Source of the DNA: an uncultured Opitutia bacterium
Lineage (GTDB): Bacteria > Verrucomicrobiota > Verrucomicrobiia > Opitutales > CAJWYM01
Length of the DNA stretch: 64,000 nt
Direction: 5' to 3'
Assembly (NCBI GenBank): GCA_913049555.1
Contig: CAJWYM010000006.1
Location: 2,125-66,124, forward strand
Each line of letters begins with the position of its first letter. Positions within the stretch are counted from its first letter, which is position 1. The translations under genes were made by a program, and so were the position numbers. Shown here piece by piece: positions 1 to 10,699 of the stretch. Below the pieces are notes generated by a model. It searched no databases. It was not told the origin of the DNA and was given only the letters and a program-made list of their open reading frames with translations.

Positions 1-456
1 GAAGTTAAAGATACCAAAACAAAGGCTTACCATAAGAGTGCTTTAGATATAGAAGAAGGTTCGATTTCATATGATGGAGAGAGTATAATTGAGTTAGGGA
101 TAGAAGTTGCAGACAAAATTACTTCAAAGCCAAGTAGTAAAAATTACAAATTTATCTTTTGGTTTGATTTTCATGTTAAAAAGCCAAAAAAAGAGATGGA
201 TTTATCAAAAGTAGACAAATGTGTTTACGTCTACAATAAAGGGGGTAATTGGCAAGCATCTACTGCTGCCTATACAGGTAGGGGAAAATCTATTAAAATC
301 AAAATCCTAGACACTCTATTTATTGAAAATAAGTTAAAACTTACGGTGAGTAGTGAGCACTTCGCCCCTAAAACATATCTCTCAATGATAATTACCACAA
401 AATCTGGAGATTTAACTGTAGACAGAAGTGATGCTGAATTGTTTAAGCTCAAATAG
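1..456 (+). CDS. 3' end of a larger CDS entering from the left edge; hypothetical protein
   Basis: Frame 1 is open from base 1 to the TAG at 454-456. The 86-aa track ORF at 196 is only an internal Met. No recognisable motif. Confidence 0.5.
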   Translation, partial: EVKDTKTKAYHKSALDIEEGSISYDGESIIELGIEVADKITSKPSSKNYKFIFWFDFHVKKPKKEMDLSKVDKCVYVYNKGGNWQASTAAYTGRGKSIKIKILDTLFIENKLKLTVSSEHFAPKTYLSMIITTKSGDLTVDRSDAELFKLK

Positions 457-1091
457 TAAAATTTTACTCACTCTGAGACAGGTATTTTCACTCAGCAGCA
501 TCATGCCATTGTAAGTGTCGATTATTTCTTTACACTGATTGTATACCAAGTTCTTGGTTCATACTGGACATGGATGTTTTTTTAAAAACTATCATTGATG
601 GATCTGGTAGGGTGAGATGTTTAAGGCAGTTGCCATTTCTCTGAAACACTTGTGGTGAAAAATGCATAGAAGAATGAGGAAGAATTCATATTGGAGCACA
701 AAGTAGATTTTCCTAATACTTGTAATATTTAAAAGTTAGTTCTCAATAGCTGGTAAATTTTTAAGGCAATTTCACGTTCATTTGAGAGCAATTTACTTTA
801 TCAATTATAGGATTTCTAAAATTTTTTAAATGGCATCAGTAAATAGGAACAGGTTCTTTACATTTTCATGGTTGGAATCCCTATTAAGAAGGATTAACAC
901 TTTTAGACAGATTTGGATTATAAAGGTTTTGGGGAGGCTGGGTATTATCAATCTGTTCGTTAAGTTTTTGAAAACCCTCGCTGACTCAAATGTGAGTCCT
1001 CAATTATCAAAAAGGGATGGCTTTGGAGGGATTGACTGAGCTAAAGTTGACCAATCAATCCCCTAATTATAGGATTATTAAGAATAAAGCC

Positions 1092-2663
1092 CTAATTAAA
1101 CTCCCCGAAAGTATGGGGGAGACTTTTAACAAACTGAGAAAGCTCTCCTTTGAGAGTCTTCAAAATTGGCTGGTTTTCAGGGTTGTTGATCACATTAGTC
1201 ATCTCGTAAAGATCCAATTTTAGATTATAAAGTTGATCCGCATCCCAGAAGTTAGGGTACATTCGTTCGTTTCCATAGTTGTGATGATCAAATCCAGACC
1301 AAAATACTTCTTTTGGACGTGCTTTCATCTTTGCTTCTATTTCGGGAGTTACCCGGTTTACTAACAGCTTCCAATCTCTGCTTAAGACCGCTTTGCTGTT
1401 GCCTGCTTCAATAAACATATATTTCCGCCAGTCATTGGGTTCTCCTTCCCCTGTCAGTTGAGGTCTAATGCTCAAACTGTCTTGAGCCATATCCGCAGGC
1501 AAATCTCCACCTGCTATGTCGATTAAAGTTGCCGCCATGTCTATATTTCCACAAAGGCTGTCATTCCGTGTTCCTGGAGTGATTTTGCCGGGCCAAAATG
1601 CGATCAGAGGAACTTTCGCTCCTCCTTCATAACAACTATTCTTGCCCCTGCTCCCATGGTCACTTGTGAAAATTACGAGGGTATTCTCTAGCAAATTATT
1701 TTCTTTCAGCGCTTCCATGATCGCACCTACATAGTCGTCCATCCGGGTTGCCATGGCATTTTGATCTGGGACTTCTGCGGCTCTTGTACGTCTGAGAACA
1801 TCGTCTGTTTTAGGCAGGAAATAGAGAGCATCATCTAGAAGACCGTCGGAGGTAACTCTTTGGTCGTAGGAGGTAATATCATTGTAATCAAAAAAATACT
1901 GACCGTGCGGCACAGGCAATGAACAATAAAGAAAAAATGGTTGATCCTTGCTTTCGTTGATAAAATTTACGGCACCCTCGCATTGCCAGTCTAGATTTAC
2001 AATTGAGTTTCCCCATTCCATCCGATCCACAACGTCCCATCCAAAACCGTTGCTTAAATATTGGATCCCAGCTTCGTAATATTTTTTGATCGCTTTTTCA
2101 GATTTTTTTGTTTGTTCAAAGGTTGCATTGGGCTGATGGTCTGCTTTTTTTCGCTTGGGCAAATCGTTTTTTTTCATATTGTGCCATTTGCCAATAATCC
2201 CAGTCCGATATCCTTGTTTTTGAAGTTCTTTAGGTAAACTTGTTTCTGTATTTAAGATTGCGGGTCTCCAATCAAGGGTTGCGTGAGTTCCAACTGGATA
2301 ATCATCTTGTAGTTCAATCCCTCGCGTTGCATAGCGTCCGGTCAATAAACAGTAGCGACTGGAACTGCATACAGTAGCATTTACATAAAATCGAGTGAGA
2401 ATCATTCCGTCATTAGCCAATTGATCAATATTGGGAGTCAGGACCTTTGGAACTCCCGCTTTGAATGATTTTCCATGCACTTTTTTGACTCCACTAGGAG
2501 TCGCCCAGATTTCTACATCATTCATTGTACAATTGATTTCATCTGCATCTAAGTCGTCTGCATAGATAAAAACGATGTTGGGTTTGTTCCCTTTTACGTG
2601 GATTGAGAACATTGCAATTAAAATAAATCCAATGCTTGCAAAATTAATGATCCGTTTTTTCAT
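1092..2663 (-). CDS. Secreted sulfatase-family (alkaline phosphatase superfamily) enzyme with a non-canonical CSSSR active-site motif
   Basis: NIVFIYADDLDAD metal site, VCSSSRYCLLTGRY, IIGKWH, FTSDHGS. Start moved to MKKRIINFASIGFILIAMF (ATG at 2661-2663), which gives a signal peptide. The track ORF extends to 2729. Confidence 0.88.
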   Translation of the reverse strand: MKKRIINFASIGFILIAMFSIHVKGNKPNIVFIYADDLDADEINCTMNDVEIWATPSGVKKVHGKSFKAGVPKVLTPNIDQLANDGMILTRFYVNATVCSSSRYCLLTGRYATRGIELQDDYPVGTHATLDWRPAILNTETSLPKELQKQGYRTGIIGKWHNMKKNDLPKRKKADHQPNATFEQTKKSEKAIKKYYEAGIQYLSNGFGWDVVDRMEWGNSIVNLDWQCEGAVNFINESKDQPFFLYCSLPVPHGQYFFDYNDITSYDQRVTSDGLLDDALYFLPKTDDVLRRTRAAEVPDQNAMATRMDDYVGAIMEALKENNLLENTLVIFTSDHGSRGKNSCYEGGAKVPLIAFWPGKITPGTRNDSLCGNIDMAATLIDIAGGDLPADMAQDSLSIRPQLTGEGEPNDWRKYMFIEAGNSKAVLSRDWKLLVNRVTPEIEAKMKARPKEVFWSGFDHHNYGNERMYPNFWDADQLYNLKLDLYEMTNVINNPENQPILKTLKGELSQFVKSLPHTFGEFN

Positions 2664-3185
2664 AAGTGTTTGTATTGGTTGTATCTGGTAAAGAGGTTTC
2701 ATTGTATTCCTAAATGTATAAAAATGCAATTAAAATCGTCTAATAAAACTAACATATATAAATAAATGTTAATCATTTGACCTCTTTGCTTTAAGTTTCT
2801 TTTAAATTTTAAAATTCATTTTACTTTAAAAGATTCATGTACTACGCACTCTTAGTAATTCTAAGAGCTTTCTTGCAATCGATCTGTGTCATGGATGTTG
2901 AGCAAGCGAATTGCAATTGTCGCAATGAGACATTTTTTTGTCATTGAGTAGCATTGAAGCTAGGGTGAATTTGAGATAGTATTTGAATGTTGGGTCTCAT
3001 TTATTTTCTTAAAATGACAATCTAGACTGATTGCTAATCTTAAACCTCCTTTTAAACTGAATTATTTTTTTGAATTTTATCCCTTAGAAAAGATTGGATC
3101 TATTAAAAATATGAGTCTTCAATCCTAGGTTTTTAAAAATTTACCTACCATTCAATTTCAATAAAGCATCAAACGAACAAATTTT

Positions 3186-4874
3186 ATGAATATTATAAAA
3201 TCTACATTAATGGTTGTATTCTTGGCTTCATTTTCAATTTATGCTGAGAAAAAAGTCCCTAATTTTATTATTATTTACATGGATGATCTTGGCTGGGCTC
3301 AAACTTCAGTTCGAATGATGGACTCAGAACCGTTGTCTGTGCATAATTTTTATGAGACCCCTAGCGTCGAACGACTTGCCAAGTTAGGGACTCGTTTTTC
3401 CAATGCCTATTCGCCTACTCCAACTTGCACTGGCTCACGAGTTAGTATTCAATTAGGACAAAGTTCTGCTCGGTCTCAGTACCGATTTGTCAATGATGTG
3501 CTTCATGGCAAACAGCGCCCAAACGGATACAAAGGTTGTTGGACGATTGCATCTGCCGTCAAAGGGGATGAAAACCCTCACAATTACATTACGGCTCATT
3601 TTGGTAAAGGAATGACTGAGAAACTCAATGAGATGGGTTATGATATAACGGATGAGTTTGAAAGGTTTTCTGGGAACGGCAATTTACATGGAGATCTTGT
3701 GAGTTTGCAAGATCGCAGTCCCTTACCCTTGGACGATCCAAAACGGATTTACTCTTTGATCGATGATTCTGTAAAATTTGTAAGTGAACACGCAGGCAAA
3801 CGTCCTTTTTACATGATGGTTTCCCATTATGCAGTGCATGTTAAACATGCGGCCAGTCAAAAATATCTCGATAAGTGGCAAGCGAAGTTCGATGCTCTTC
3901 CAAACAAACCGACTGACGTCAAGGAACTCAACAGATTTAAAAAAGAACATAAATACGATTACGGGGCTATGCTTGAGGAGGCAGATCAAAATCTAGGAGC
4001 CCTTATGGATGTCTTGGAGGCTAAGGGTGAGCTCGAAAATACCTTTATAATCTTTACCTCCGACAATGGGAGTGAAGCCGTGTCCCGCGATGATCAAAAC
4101 CGCCGCTTCAACGGTCCTCTCCAAGAAGGAAAATATTCAGCCTTCGAAGGGGGTATTCGTGTTCCTTTCTTGGTCTCTGGGCCAGGTGTAAAAGGCGGAG
4201 CCCAGTGTGACCTTCCAATTGTTCAGTGGGATTTACTTCCCACTTTTCACGATTTAAGCAATAATCCAACTCCTCTCCCTGAAACGATTGACGGTGGAAG
4301 CTTGGCGGAAGTTTTTACCAAACGCAACAAAGGTGAAATCAAGCGCCGTGCTCCTGGCTTGGTATTTCATTTTCCAAGTTATTATCAGGTTCCCCTCAGT
4401 TGTATTCGTATTGGTGATTATAAATTTATGCGCAACTTAAACACTGGTGAAGTAAAGCTTTTCAACGTCAAAGAAGATTATCGTGAAATGAATGACCTTG
4501 CAAAGAGCATGCCTGAAAAAGCTTCCGAAATGGGAAAAATCCTAACAGAGTACATCGACAAAGTGGATGGAGGTCAGGTATCAGACGTTTATCAGGCCCT
4601 ATACGAAACCTTAGACGAATTTGGTAATCGCAATGAAAAAGACTACAAAAAAAGGCTGGAGAAATTGATCGCCCAGAATCCCTCAGATCTTGAAGCACAA
4701 AAAACGGTTCTTCTGGAAGCTTATGAGCAGAAGAAGCGCTCTCATTTTGCAACTCGTAAGATCACAAAGCGTCAGGAAAAATGGTCTGATTGGTATACCA
4801 CAGCTCGGAAGACAGTTGAGGAGGAAATTGGTATGTCCAAAGGGGGCAAACTTCGTAAGAAAAAGAAGCAATAG
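3186..4874 (+). CDS. Secreted sulfatase-family enzyme with non-canonical CTGSR motif and a Lys-rich C-terminal tail
   Basis: Signal peptide MNIIKSTLMVVFLASFSIYA, NFIIIYMDDLGW, PTCTGSRVSIQLGQ, FTSDNGSE. The C-terminus ends in KGGKLRKKKKQ. Confidence 0.88.
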   Translation: MNIIKSTLMVVFLASFSIYAEKKVPNFIIIYMDDLGWAQTSVRMMDSEPLSVHNFYETPSVERLAKLGTRFSNAYSPTPTCTGSRVSIQLGQSSARSQYRFVNDVLHGKQRPNGYKGCWTIASAVKGDENPHNYITAHFGKGMTEKLNEMGYDITDEFERFSGNGNLHGDLVSLQDRSPLPLDDPKRIYSLIDDSVKFVSEHAGKRPFYMMVSHYAVHVKHAASQKYLDKWQAKFDALPNKPTDVKELNRFKKEHKYDYGAMLEEADQNLGALMDVLEAKGELENTFIIFTSDNGSEAVSRDDQNRRFNGPLQEGKYSAFEGGIRVPFLVSGPGVKGGAQCDLPIVQWDLLPTFHDLSNNPTPLPETIDGGSLAEVFTKRNKGEIKRRAPGLVFHFPSYYQVPLSCIRIGDYKFMRNLNTGEVKLFNVKEDYREMNDLAKSMPEKASEMGKILTEYIDKVDGGQVSDVYQALYETLDEFGNRNEKDYKKRLEKLIAQNPSDLEAQKTVLLEAYEQKKRSHFATRKITKRQEKWSDWYTTARKTVEEEIGMSKGGKLRKKKKQ

Positions 4875-5028
4875 TTTTACATAAACCCACGGTTTTTTGG
4901 AGTTATTCGTTATTTATGCGAGTATTTTCAAAGAGAAGTATTCTGTTTTGCTGAAATCTCATTTTCCATTCCGTCCTCTGTTTATATATTTTTGAAATTA
5001 GAAAATTCCAAGCGATTCGGGTTTAGCG

Positions 5029-5364
5029 TCAATCAACCGGTTGAATCAATATAAATGGAGACACAATAAGGGCTAAAAAATCTGGTTTTTCATTTTCCCA
5101 GTGTTTTCCATGAGGTTCTGATGGAACAAGAATTTCTCCAGATCTTAGCCAATTTTTCACTTGGCTTTTATGGTCTAATGAAAAAGCTTTCCCTACTTTT
5201 TGAATCTCCATTTCAGAGTCCACATAAATAACATTTCCTGCTAAAAAGTGAGGGCGAATATAGTTCCAATTTACAATACCTGAGTATTTTTTTAGTTTAT
5301 CATCGATTGTAGTCTGATCCAATCCAAGCAGGGTGTAATCCATAGAGTCTGCATTCCTTTTCAT
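5029..5364 (-). CDS. Small conserved hypothetical protein (DUF2288-like by recollection)
   Basis: 123-aa ORF with no competing ORF. Start uncertain: Met at 5400, 5364 or 5343. No catalytic motif seen. Confidence 0.45.
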   Translation of the reverse strand: MKRNADSMDYTLLGLDQTTIDDKLKKYSGIVNWNYIRPHFLAGNVIYVDSEMEIQKVGKAFSLDHKSQVKNWLRSGEILVPSEPHGKHWENEKPDFLALIVSPFILIQPVD

Positions 5365-5480
5365 AATTTGAATCTTAAAGAACGATTTACAAATGACCAA
5401 TTGATTTTTAAATATATTCTGTTAAGATGAAATGTTTTACAGAATTAAATCAAAATATATAACACGAAAGAGATAGTATT

Positions 5481-7334
5481 ATGTCGACTAAAGCACCTGA
5501 AAAGCATGCTTTCCAAGCTGAAGTAAAACAGGTTTTGGATATTGTAGTTAATTCTTTGTACACAGACAAAGAAATTTTCATTCGCGAGTTGGTTTCCAAC
5601 GCATCTGATTCCTTGGAAAAGTTAAGACACCTCCAAATTACTGAAAAAGAAGTTTATGACGATACGCTTAATTTAGAGATTAATATCACGACAGACGATC
5701 AAGCAGGAACGGTTACCATTCAAGATTTTGGGATTGGATTGAATGAAGCAGAAATGGTTGAAAATTTGGGAACAATTGCCCATTCAGGTACAAAGGCATT
5801 TTTGAAGTCTGTTCAAGAAAAGGGCGAGACGAATGAAAATGTAATTGGTCAATTTGGGGTTGGTTTTTACAGTGCATTCATGGTTGCAGATGAGGTAAAA
5901 GTGTATTCACATTCATGGAGAAACGGGGATAAGGGCTATTCTTGGACTTCTGATGGTACTGGAGAATATGAGATTGAGGAATCTGAAGGTCAGAGACGTG
6001 GAGCTAAATTGGTCCTCAAATTAAAAGAGGATGCGAAGGATTTTGCCAAGGGTGACAAAATAAAAGAGATCATCAAAAAATACTCAAGTTTTGTTCAGTT
6101 CCCAGTCAATGTGAATGGGGACAAAGTCAACACGATGGATGCCATTTGGCTTCGTGGAAAGAGTGATGTTAAAGAGGAGGATTATAAGGAATTCTACAAA
6201 TTCCAAGCCAATGCTTTCGACGAACCAATGACATGGTTGCATTTTAACACAGACGCTCCTCTAACCATTAATTCTCTTCTTTTTGTTCCGACTCAAAACA
6301 TGGAACAATTTGGTATGGGCAGAATGGAATCGAAAGTTGCTTTGCATTGCCGTAAAGTTTTGATTGATTCTCAACCAAAGAATTTGTTGCCCGAGTGGTT
6401 GCGGTTTTTGAGTGGGGTTATTGACAGTGCTGATATTCCCTTAAATATTTCTCGCGAGGGTATGCAAGATAGTAGCTTGATCCAAAAGTTGAATAAGGTA
6501 ATTACTAAAAGATTCCTGAAACATATCGATCAATTGAGTAAAAAGAACAAAGAGCAATTCGATAAGTTCTGGGAAACCTTTGGTGTCTTTATTAAAGAGG
6601 GGGTGGCTACAGATTTTACCCACCGAGAAATGCTTTCTAAAATCTTGCGATTTGAATCTTCTTTCACTGAAAAGGGAGTCCTTACCTCTCTTACTGACTA
6701 TGTGACTAGAATGAAAGAGGGTCAGGAAAGTATTTTTTACATTATAGGAACAAGCAGGCAGTCGATCGAAGCAGGTCCGTATATGGAAGCGTTTAAAGCT
6801 AGAGGAATTGAAGTTCTCTTCTTGTTTGAAAATATTGATGAGTTTGTTATGAACCACCTCGCAGAGTTTGATTCTAAGAAATTAGTCTCTGCTGATGGCG
6901 ACGATGTGAAATTGGACAAGCTGGACAATGAAAGTGAAGCCGAAAGTATTTCTGATGAAGATTCTAAAGCCCTTTGTGAATGGTTGAAAGAAGTGTATGG
7001 AAATCGGGTAACTGCAGTAGAGGTAAGTGAGCGTTTGGTAGACAGCCCTGCATTTGCTTTGAATACCGATAAATTCATGAGTGCCAGTATGCGCAAGATG
7101 ATGAAGGCAATGAACCCAGAAGGAGAAGAGAAAGAAACTCCTGTTTCGGTAAAGCTGCAAATCAATGATAAAAATGACCTGATTAAAAAACTGGTTGGAT
7201 TGAAGTCTACTGACGAGGATCTTGCTAAGCTAGTAGCCAATCAGATTCTAGACGTATCTTTAATTTCTGGAGACTTTTTAGAGGATCCAAAAGAGATGGT
7301 TAAAAGAAGCTACGAATTGCTGTCTAAAGTGTAA
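5481..7334 (+). CDS. htpG: Molecular chaperone HtpG (Hsp90)
   Basis: FQAEVKQVLDIVVNSLYTDKEIFIRELVSNASDSLEKLR, IGQFGVGFYSAFMVAD and IPLNISRE are classic Hsp90 N-terminal and middle-domain signatures. Length 617 aa. Confidence 0.97.
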   Translation: MSTKAPEKHAFQAEVKQVLDIVVNSLYTDKEIFIRELVSNASDSLEKLRHLQITEKEVYDDTLNLEINITTDDQAGTVTIQDFGIGLNEAEMVENLGTIAHSGTKAFLKSVQEKGETNENVIGQFGVGFYSAFMVADEVKVYSHSWRNGDKGYSWTSDGTGEYEIEESEGQRRGAKLVLKLKEDAKDFAKGDKIKEIIKKYSSFVQFPVNVNGDKVNTMDAIWLRGKSDVKEEDYKEFYKFQANAFDEPMTWLHFNTDAPLTINSLLFVPTQNMEQFGMGRMESKVALHCRKVLIDSQPKNLLPEWLRFLSGVIDSADIPLNISREGMQDSSLIQKLNKVITKRFLKHIDQLSKKNKEQFDKFWETFGVFIKEGVATDFTHREMLSKILRFESSFTEKGVLTSLTDYVTRMKEGQESIFYIIGTSRQSIEAGPYMEAFKARGIEVLFLFENIDEFVMNHLAEFDSKKLVSADGDDVKLDKLDNESEAESISDEDSKALCEWLKEVYGNRVTAVEVSERLVDSPAFALNTDKFMSASMRKMMKAMNPEGEEKETPVSVKLQINDKNDLIKKLVGLKSTDEDLAKLVANQILDVSLISGDFLEDPKEMVKRSYELLSKV

Positions 7335-7345
7335 CTCTTTTTTTT

Positions 7346-7376
7346 AAAGCCCCGATTTATTCGGGGCTTTTTTTTG
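7346..7376 (+). terminator. Rho-independent terminator of htpG
   Basis: aaagccccga / tcggggcttt 10-bp stem with a 5-nt loop, followed by a T-run, 12 nt after the htpG stop. Confidence 0.85.
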
Positions 7377-7394
7377 AGCTTTGTTTCATTCATT

Positions 7395-8054
7395 ATGGAT
7401 ATTCTAGAAGATAAGGAGGTCGTTTTGTTTGATATGGACGGCACCCTTGTGGATCATTTCAATGTAATTCACCAGTGTTTTAATTATGCTTTCTCAAAGA
7501 TAGGGGAACCTCCTTTGAGTTATAAGAAGGTTTTGAAATCCGTTGGTGGTTCTATGCCAGTAACTATGATCCGACTGATTGGTGAAGAAAAAGCGCCCTT
7601 GGCTGTTCCCCATTTCACAGAACACTTCAATGAAATTTTTCTTAAAGAAATTATCATCTTAGAGGGAGTGATCGATTTTATGGACAAACTCCAAAAGCAA
7701 GGTAAAAGGCTAGGAATTTTTACGAACAAACAGGGAGACATTACCAGAGGGATGCTTCGTCACTTAAAATTGGATCCTTATTTTGAATATGTATTCGGAG
7801 CAGGCGACACGCTTTGGAAAAAACCAGATCCAGAATTTACAATTACGGTCTTGGATGCGTTTAATGTAGACTCAAAAAATGCATGTATGGTGGGGGATTC
7901 CCCGTTTGACTTTCAGGCATCTGCCTGTGTGGGTGTAGATTGTATTTTATTGACTACAGGCACCCACAGTAGGAGCGAGTTATTAAAGGAAACTGATTCT
8001 AAACATATTTACAGAAACCTCATTGAATTTATGGCTCTTAGCCAAAATCTTTGA
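7395..8054 (+). CDS. HAD-superfamily hydrolase (phosphoglycolate phosphatase-like)
   Basis: VVLFDMDGTLVDH (motif I), IFTNK (motif II), VGDSPFD (motif IV). ATG at 7395 is preferred over the TTG at 7374, which lies inside the htpG terminator T-run. Confidence 0.82.
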   Translation: MDILEDKEVVLFDMDGTLVDHFNVIHQCFNYAFSKIGEPPLSYKKVLKSVGGSMPVTMIRLIGEEKAPLAVPHFTEHFNEIFLKEIIILEGVIDFMDKLQKQGKRLGIFTNKQGDITRGMLRHLKLDPYFEYVFGAGDTLWKKPDPEFTITVLDAFNVDSKNACMVGDSPFDFQASACVGVDCILLTTGTHSRSELLKETDSKHIYRNLIEFMALSQNL

Positions 8055-8072
8055 ATGGGATCGGTTTGGAGT

Positions 8073-9530
8073 TTATTCTTGCGAATTTTTAAAATCTTTG
8101 GATTTTTGTTCTTCGTTTACAGATTCGATCACTTGACTTTGAGATTGAAAGTATTGATAAAACACTCTCTTGATGTCATTGTAACTTACATAGAGTATCA
8201 TTGTAATCAAAAGCATTGCGCAAAAACTCAAGGATTTTTCTAAAACTCGTGGAGAAACTGCTTTCCCTCTTAGTTTTTCAATCAAAGCAAACATAAGATG
8301 TCCTCCGTCTAAAACGGGTATGGGCAGAAGGTTTAAAATGGCTAGATTAATATTAATAAAAGTCATAAACCAAATGAGCTTGTAAAAGTCATCTTTAGCA
8401 ATCTCATAAGAGGCATGGGTGATTCCGATAAATCCACCCATATGGCTTAATTTGATGTCCGACTGATGATGAAATAAAGCTCCAATTGTTTGTACGATCC
8501 TTTGAATCATGCTAGAAATTTGTACAAACGGATTTTTATGAACTGTAATTTTTTCAGTATCTATCTGAAAACCTACCAATACTCTTTCTACCCCGTTTTC
8601 TAAAGTTTTTTTGACCGGAGTGATTGCTATGTCAATGGGCGATCCGTTTCGTTCGACCTGGAGTTGAATTTCCTTTTCATCAAATTTTTGTAAATGATCT
8701 ACAAAATATTTTATGGAAGTTACTGGGTTTCCATTCAGCAAAAGTATTTTGTCCCCTTTTTTCAAACCCGCTTGAATACCAGGCATGTCCTCCATTAAGT
8801 CTCCAACAAGTACAGTCAGTGCTGGGTAGATGCCAATGTCTCTGAATTTCTCTCTGGTTATAAGTTCTGGATATAAAGTAAAGTTCAATGTAGAACTTTC
8901 ATTGTCTCTTATTCTTTCGACCTTGAGGTTAGTAGTTCTTAAATCGCCTTCAGATCCGGAACCTAATATAATGTGATTTCTCAAATCCATCCAATTTTGT
9001 ATGGGTTTGCCATCTACTTCTAATATCTTATCACCGATTTGGATTCCAGCGGCTTGGGCTGGGCCAATTATTTTTCTACCCTCAGAGTTGATGATTTCCT
9101 CGGAAACATGACCTACTATTTGGGTTTCTTCATAGCTGTGCACTTTTTGTCCCACAAACCAAAGAATACAGGCAAGAAACAGAGCAAACAGGACATTGAA
9201 TATAGGACCCATGATCGTTACGATCACCTTGTCAGTCAATGAAATGGGGGGTAGGGGCTCTTGGTTTTCTTTGGAACCTTCAACGCGTCCCATATCCACC
9301 AACTGGGGCAGTGCTACGTATCCGCCTAGAGGTAGAAGTGAAAGTCGATATTCGATTCCATCCCTTGTCCAGCCAAATATTTTAGGGCCAAACCCTATTG
9401 AAAATCGTAATACTTTCAGGCCTCGTTTTCTTGCTGCTAAAAAGTGACCTAATTCATGGATGAATATAGAAGCTCCAAAAAATAGGACGATTATAAAGAT
9501 GAGCCAAATATTTGAAAATAGGGAAGCCAC
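8073..9530 (-). CDS. rseP: RIP metalloprotease RseP (site-2 protease, M50 family with PDZ domains)
   Basis: HELGHFLAARK (HExxH) and NLLPIPVLDGGH motifs, multiple TM segments, and conserved position after dxr. Confidence 0.92.
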   Translation of the reverse strand: MASLFSNIWLIFIIVLFFGASIFIHELGHFLAARKRGLKVLRFSIGFGPKIFGWTRDGIEYRLSLLPLGGYVALPQLVDMGRVEGSKENQEPLPPISLTDKVIVTIMGPIFNVLFALFLACILWFVGQKVHSYEETQIVGHVSEEIINSEGRKIIGPAQAAGIQIGDKILEVDGKPIQNWMDLRNHIILGSGSEGDLRTTNLKVERIRDNESSTLNFTLYPELITREKFRDIGIYPALTVLVGDLMEDMPGIQAGLKKGDKILLLNGNPVTSIKYFVDHLQKFDEKEIQLQVERNGSPIDIAITPVKKTLENGVERVLVGFQIDTEKITVHKNPFVQISSMIQRIVQTIGALFHHQSDIKLSHMGGFIGITHASYEIAKDDFYKLIWFMTFININLAILNLLPIPVLDGGHLMFALIEKLRGKAVSPRVLEKSLSFCAMLLITMILYVSYNDIKRVFYQYFQSQSQVIESVNEEQKSKDFKNSQE

Positions 9531-9534
9531 AGTG

Positions 9535-10698
9535 TTATTTTAATTCTTTGATTATCAGAGTTGCGAGATTCCTAGCATTTGAGTCAAATTTTATAAGACT
9601 GTCTAGATTTTCTGCATTGAAGTTACTTAAAGAGTGAAAAGTTTGCTCAATTATTTCTGGAATTTGTAAAAAATGTATTTGGTCCCTTAAAAAAGCATCT
9701 ACTGCAATTTCATTGGCTGCATTGAAAGCGGCAGGTCCACAATTTCCAAATTGTAGTGAATCTTTAGCAAGTTTTAGACAAGGAAATTTATCCTCTTCGG
9801 GGGGGCGGAAATTTAATTCCATTGCTTGAGTAAAATCAATCGTCGGATCCGGACTGCTCAGGCGATTTGGATAGAGGATTGCATTTTGAATCGCAAAAGT
9901 CATCAAAGGAGGACTCATTTGAGAAATAATGGAGCCATCTATCATTTGAATCATTGAATGAACCAAGCTCTGGGGATGTATCACGACCTCAATTTTATCT
10001 ATTGGATGGTTGAATAGCCAATGAGCCTCAATGATCTCCAATCCTTTATTAGCCATGCTTGCTGAATCAATGGTAATTTTGTTTCCCATCTCCCAATTTG
10101 GATGCTTGAGTGCGTCCTCTTTTTGGATGCTTTTCATTTGTTCTAATGAGTAGTCTCTAAAGGGTCCCCCAGAGGCAGTCAGAATGAGGCGGTCAACAAG
10201 GGATGGATCTTTGCCCTCTAGACATTGGAAGATTGCGTTGTGTTCACTGTCTGTAGGTAATAGGCGACCTTTGGAGCTTTTAACCGCTTCCATGATGAAT
10301 TCCCCGGCCATAACTAGGATTTCTTTGTTGGCGATCGCTATATCCTTATTTTTTTTAAGACCTTCGAGTGCTGGTTTTAAAGCGGATACTCCTACAACGG
10401 CGATTAAAATAATATCCGCTTCCTCTAAAGTAGCTAAGTCGATCATTCCCTCTTCACTCGTAGTGATTTCGAGATCATTTTCTGCTACTTTTCGCGCTTT
10501 GAGTGCAGTCTCCTCATCATATACGCAAAGTTTTTTAACTTTGAATTTTTTGGCAATTCCAAGAAGCTTCTCGTAATTACGATTGCAAGCAATTCCAATC
10601 AAATTTAGAGCATCCGAATGTTTTTCAATCACTTTAAGAGTGCTCGTTCCAATAGAACCAGTAGCACCAAGCAGCACTATATTTTTTTTCTCAACCAT
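9535..10698 (-). CDS. dxr: 1-deoxy-D-xylulose 5-phosphate reductoisomerase
   Basis: LGATGSIGTSTL NADPH loop, DSEHNAIFQC, NKGLEIIEAHWLF. Confidence 0.96.
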   Translation of the reverse strand: MVEKKNIVLLGATGSIGTSTLKVIEKHSDALNLIGIACNRNYEKLLGIAKKFKVKKLCVYDEETALKARKVAENDLEITTSEEGMIDLATLEEADIILIAVVGVSALKPALEGLKKNKDIAIANKEILVMAGEFIMEAVKSSKGRLLPTDSEHNAIFQCLEGKDPSLVDRLILTASGGPFRDYSLEQMKSIQKEDALKHPNWEMGNKITIDSASMANKGLEIIEAHWLFNHPIDKIEVVIHPQSLVHSMIQMIDGSIISQMSPPLMTFAIQNAILYPNRLSSPDPTIDFTQAMELNFRPPEEDKFPCLKLAKDSLQFGNCGPAAFNAANEIAVDAFLRDQIHFLQIPEIIEQTFHSLSNFNAENLDSLIKFDSNARNLATLIIKELK

Positions 10699-10699
10699 T

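Noticed and set aside
830-1223. Two small plus-strand ORFs (69 and 68 aa) in or next to the sulfatase 3' end
   Set aside because: There are no motifs, one overlaps the sulfatase C-terminus antisense, and ORFs of this size are expected by chance in AT-rich DNA.
2873-2927. Cluster of TTGCAAT-like palindromic cores (cTTGCAATc, AATTGCAATT, tCGCAATg) between the divergent sulfatase genes, as a possible operator
   Set aside because: The palindromes are short and lie in AT-rich DNA, and no adjacent regulator gene is present. It cannot be supported without comparative data.
6441-7240. Three minus-strand ORFs (138, 167 and 92 aa) inside htpG
   Set aside because: They are antisense shadows of a confidently identified gene, with low-complexity Ser/Leu/Phe-rich translations and no motifs.
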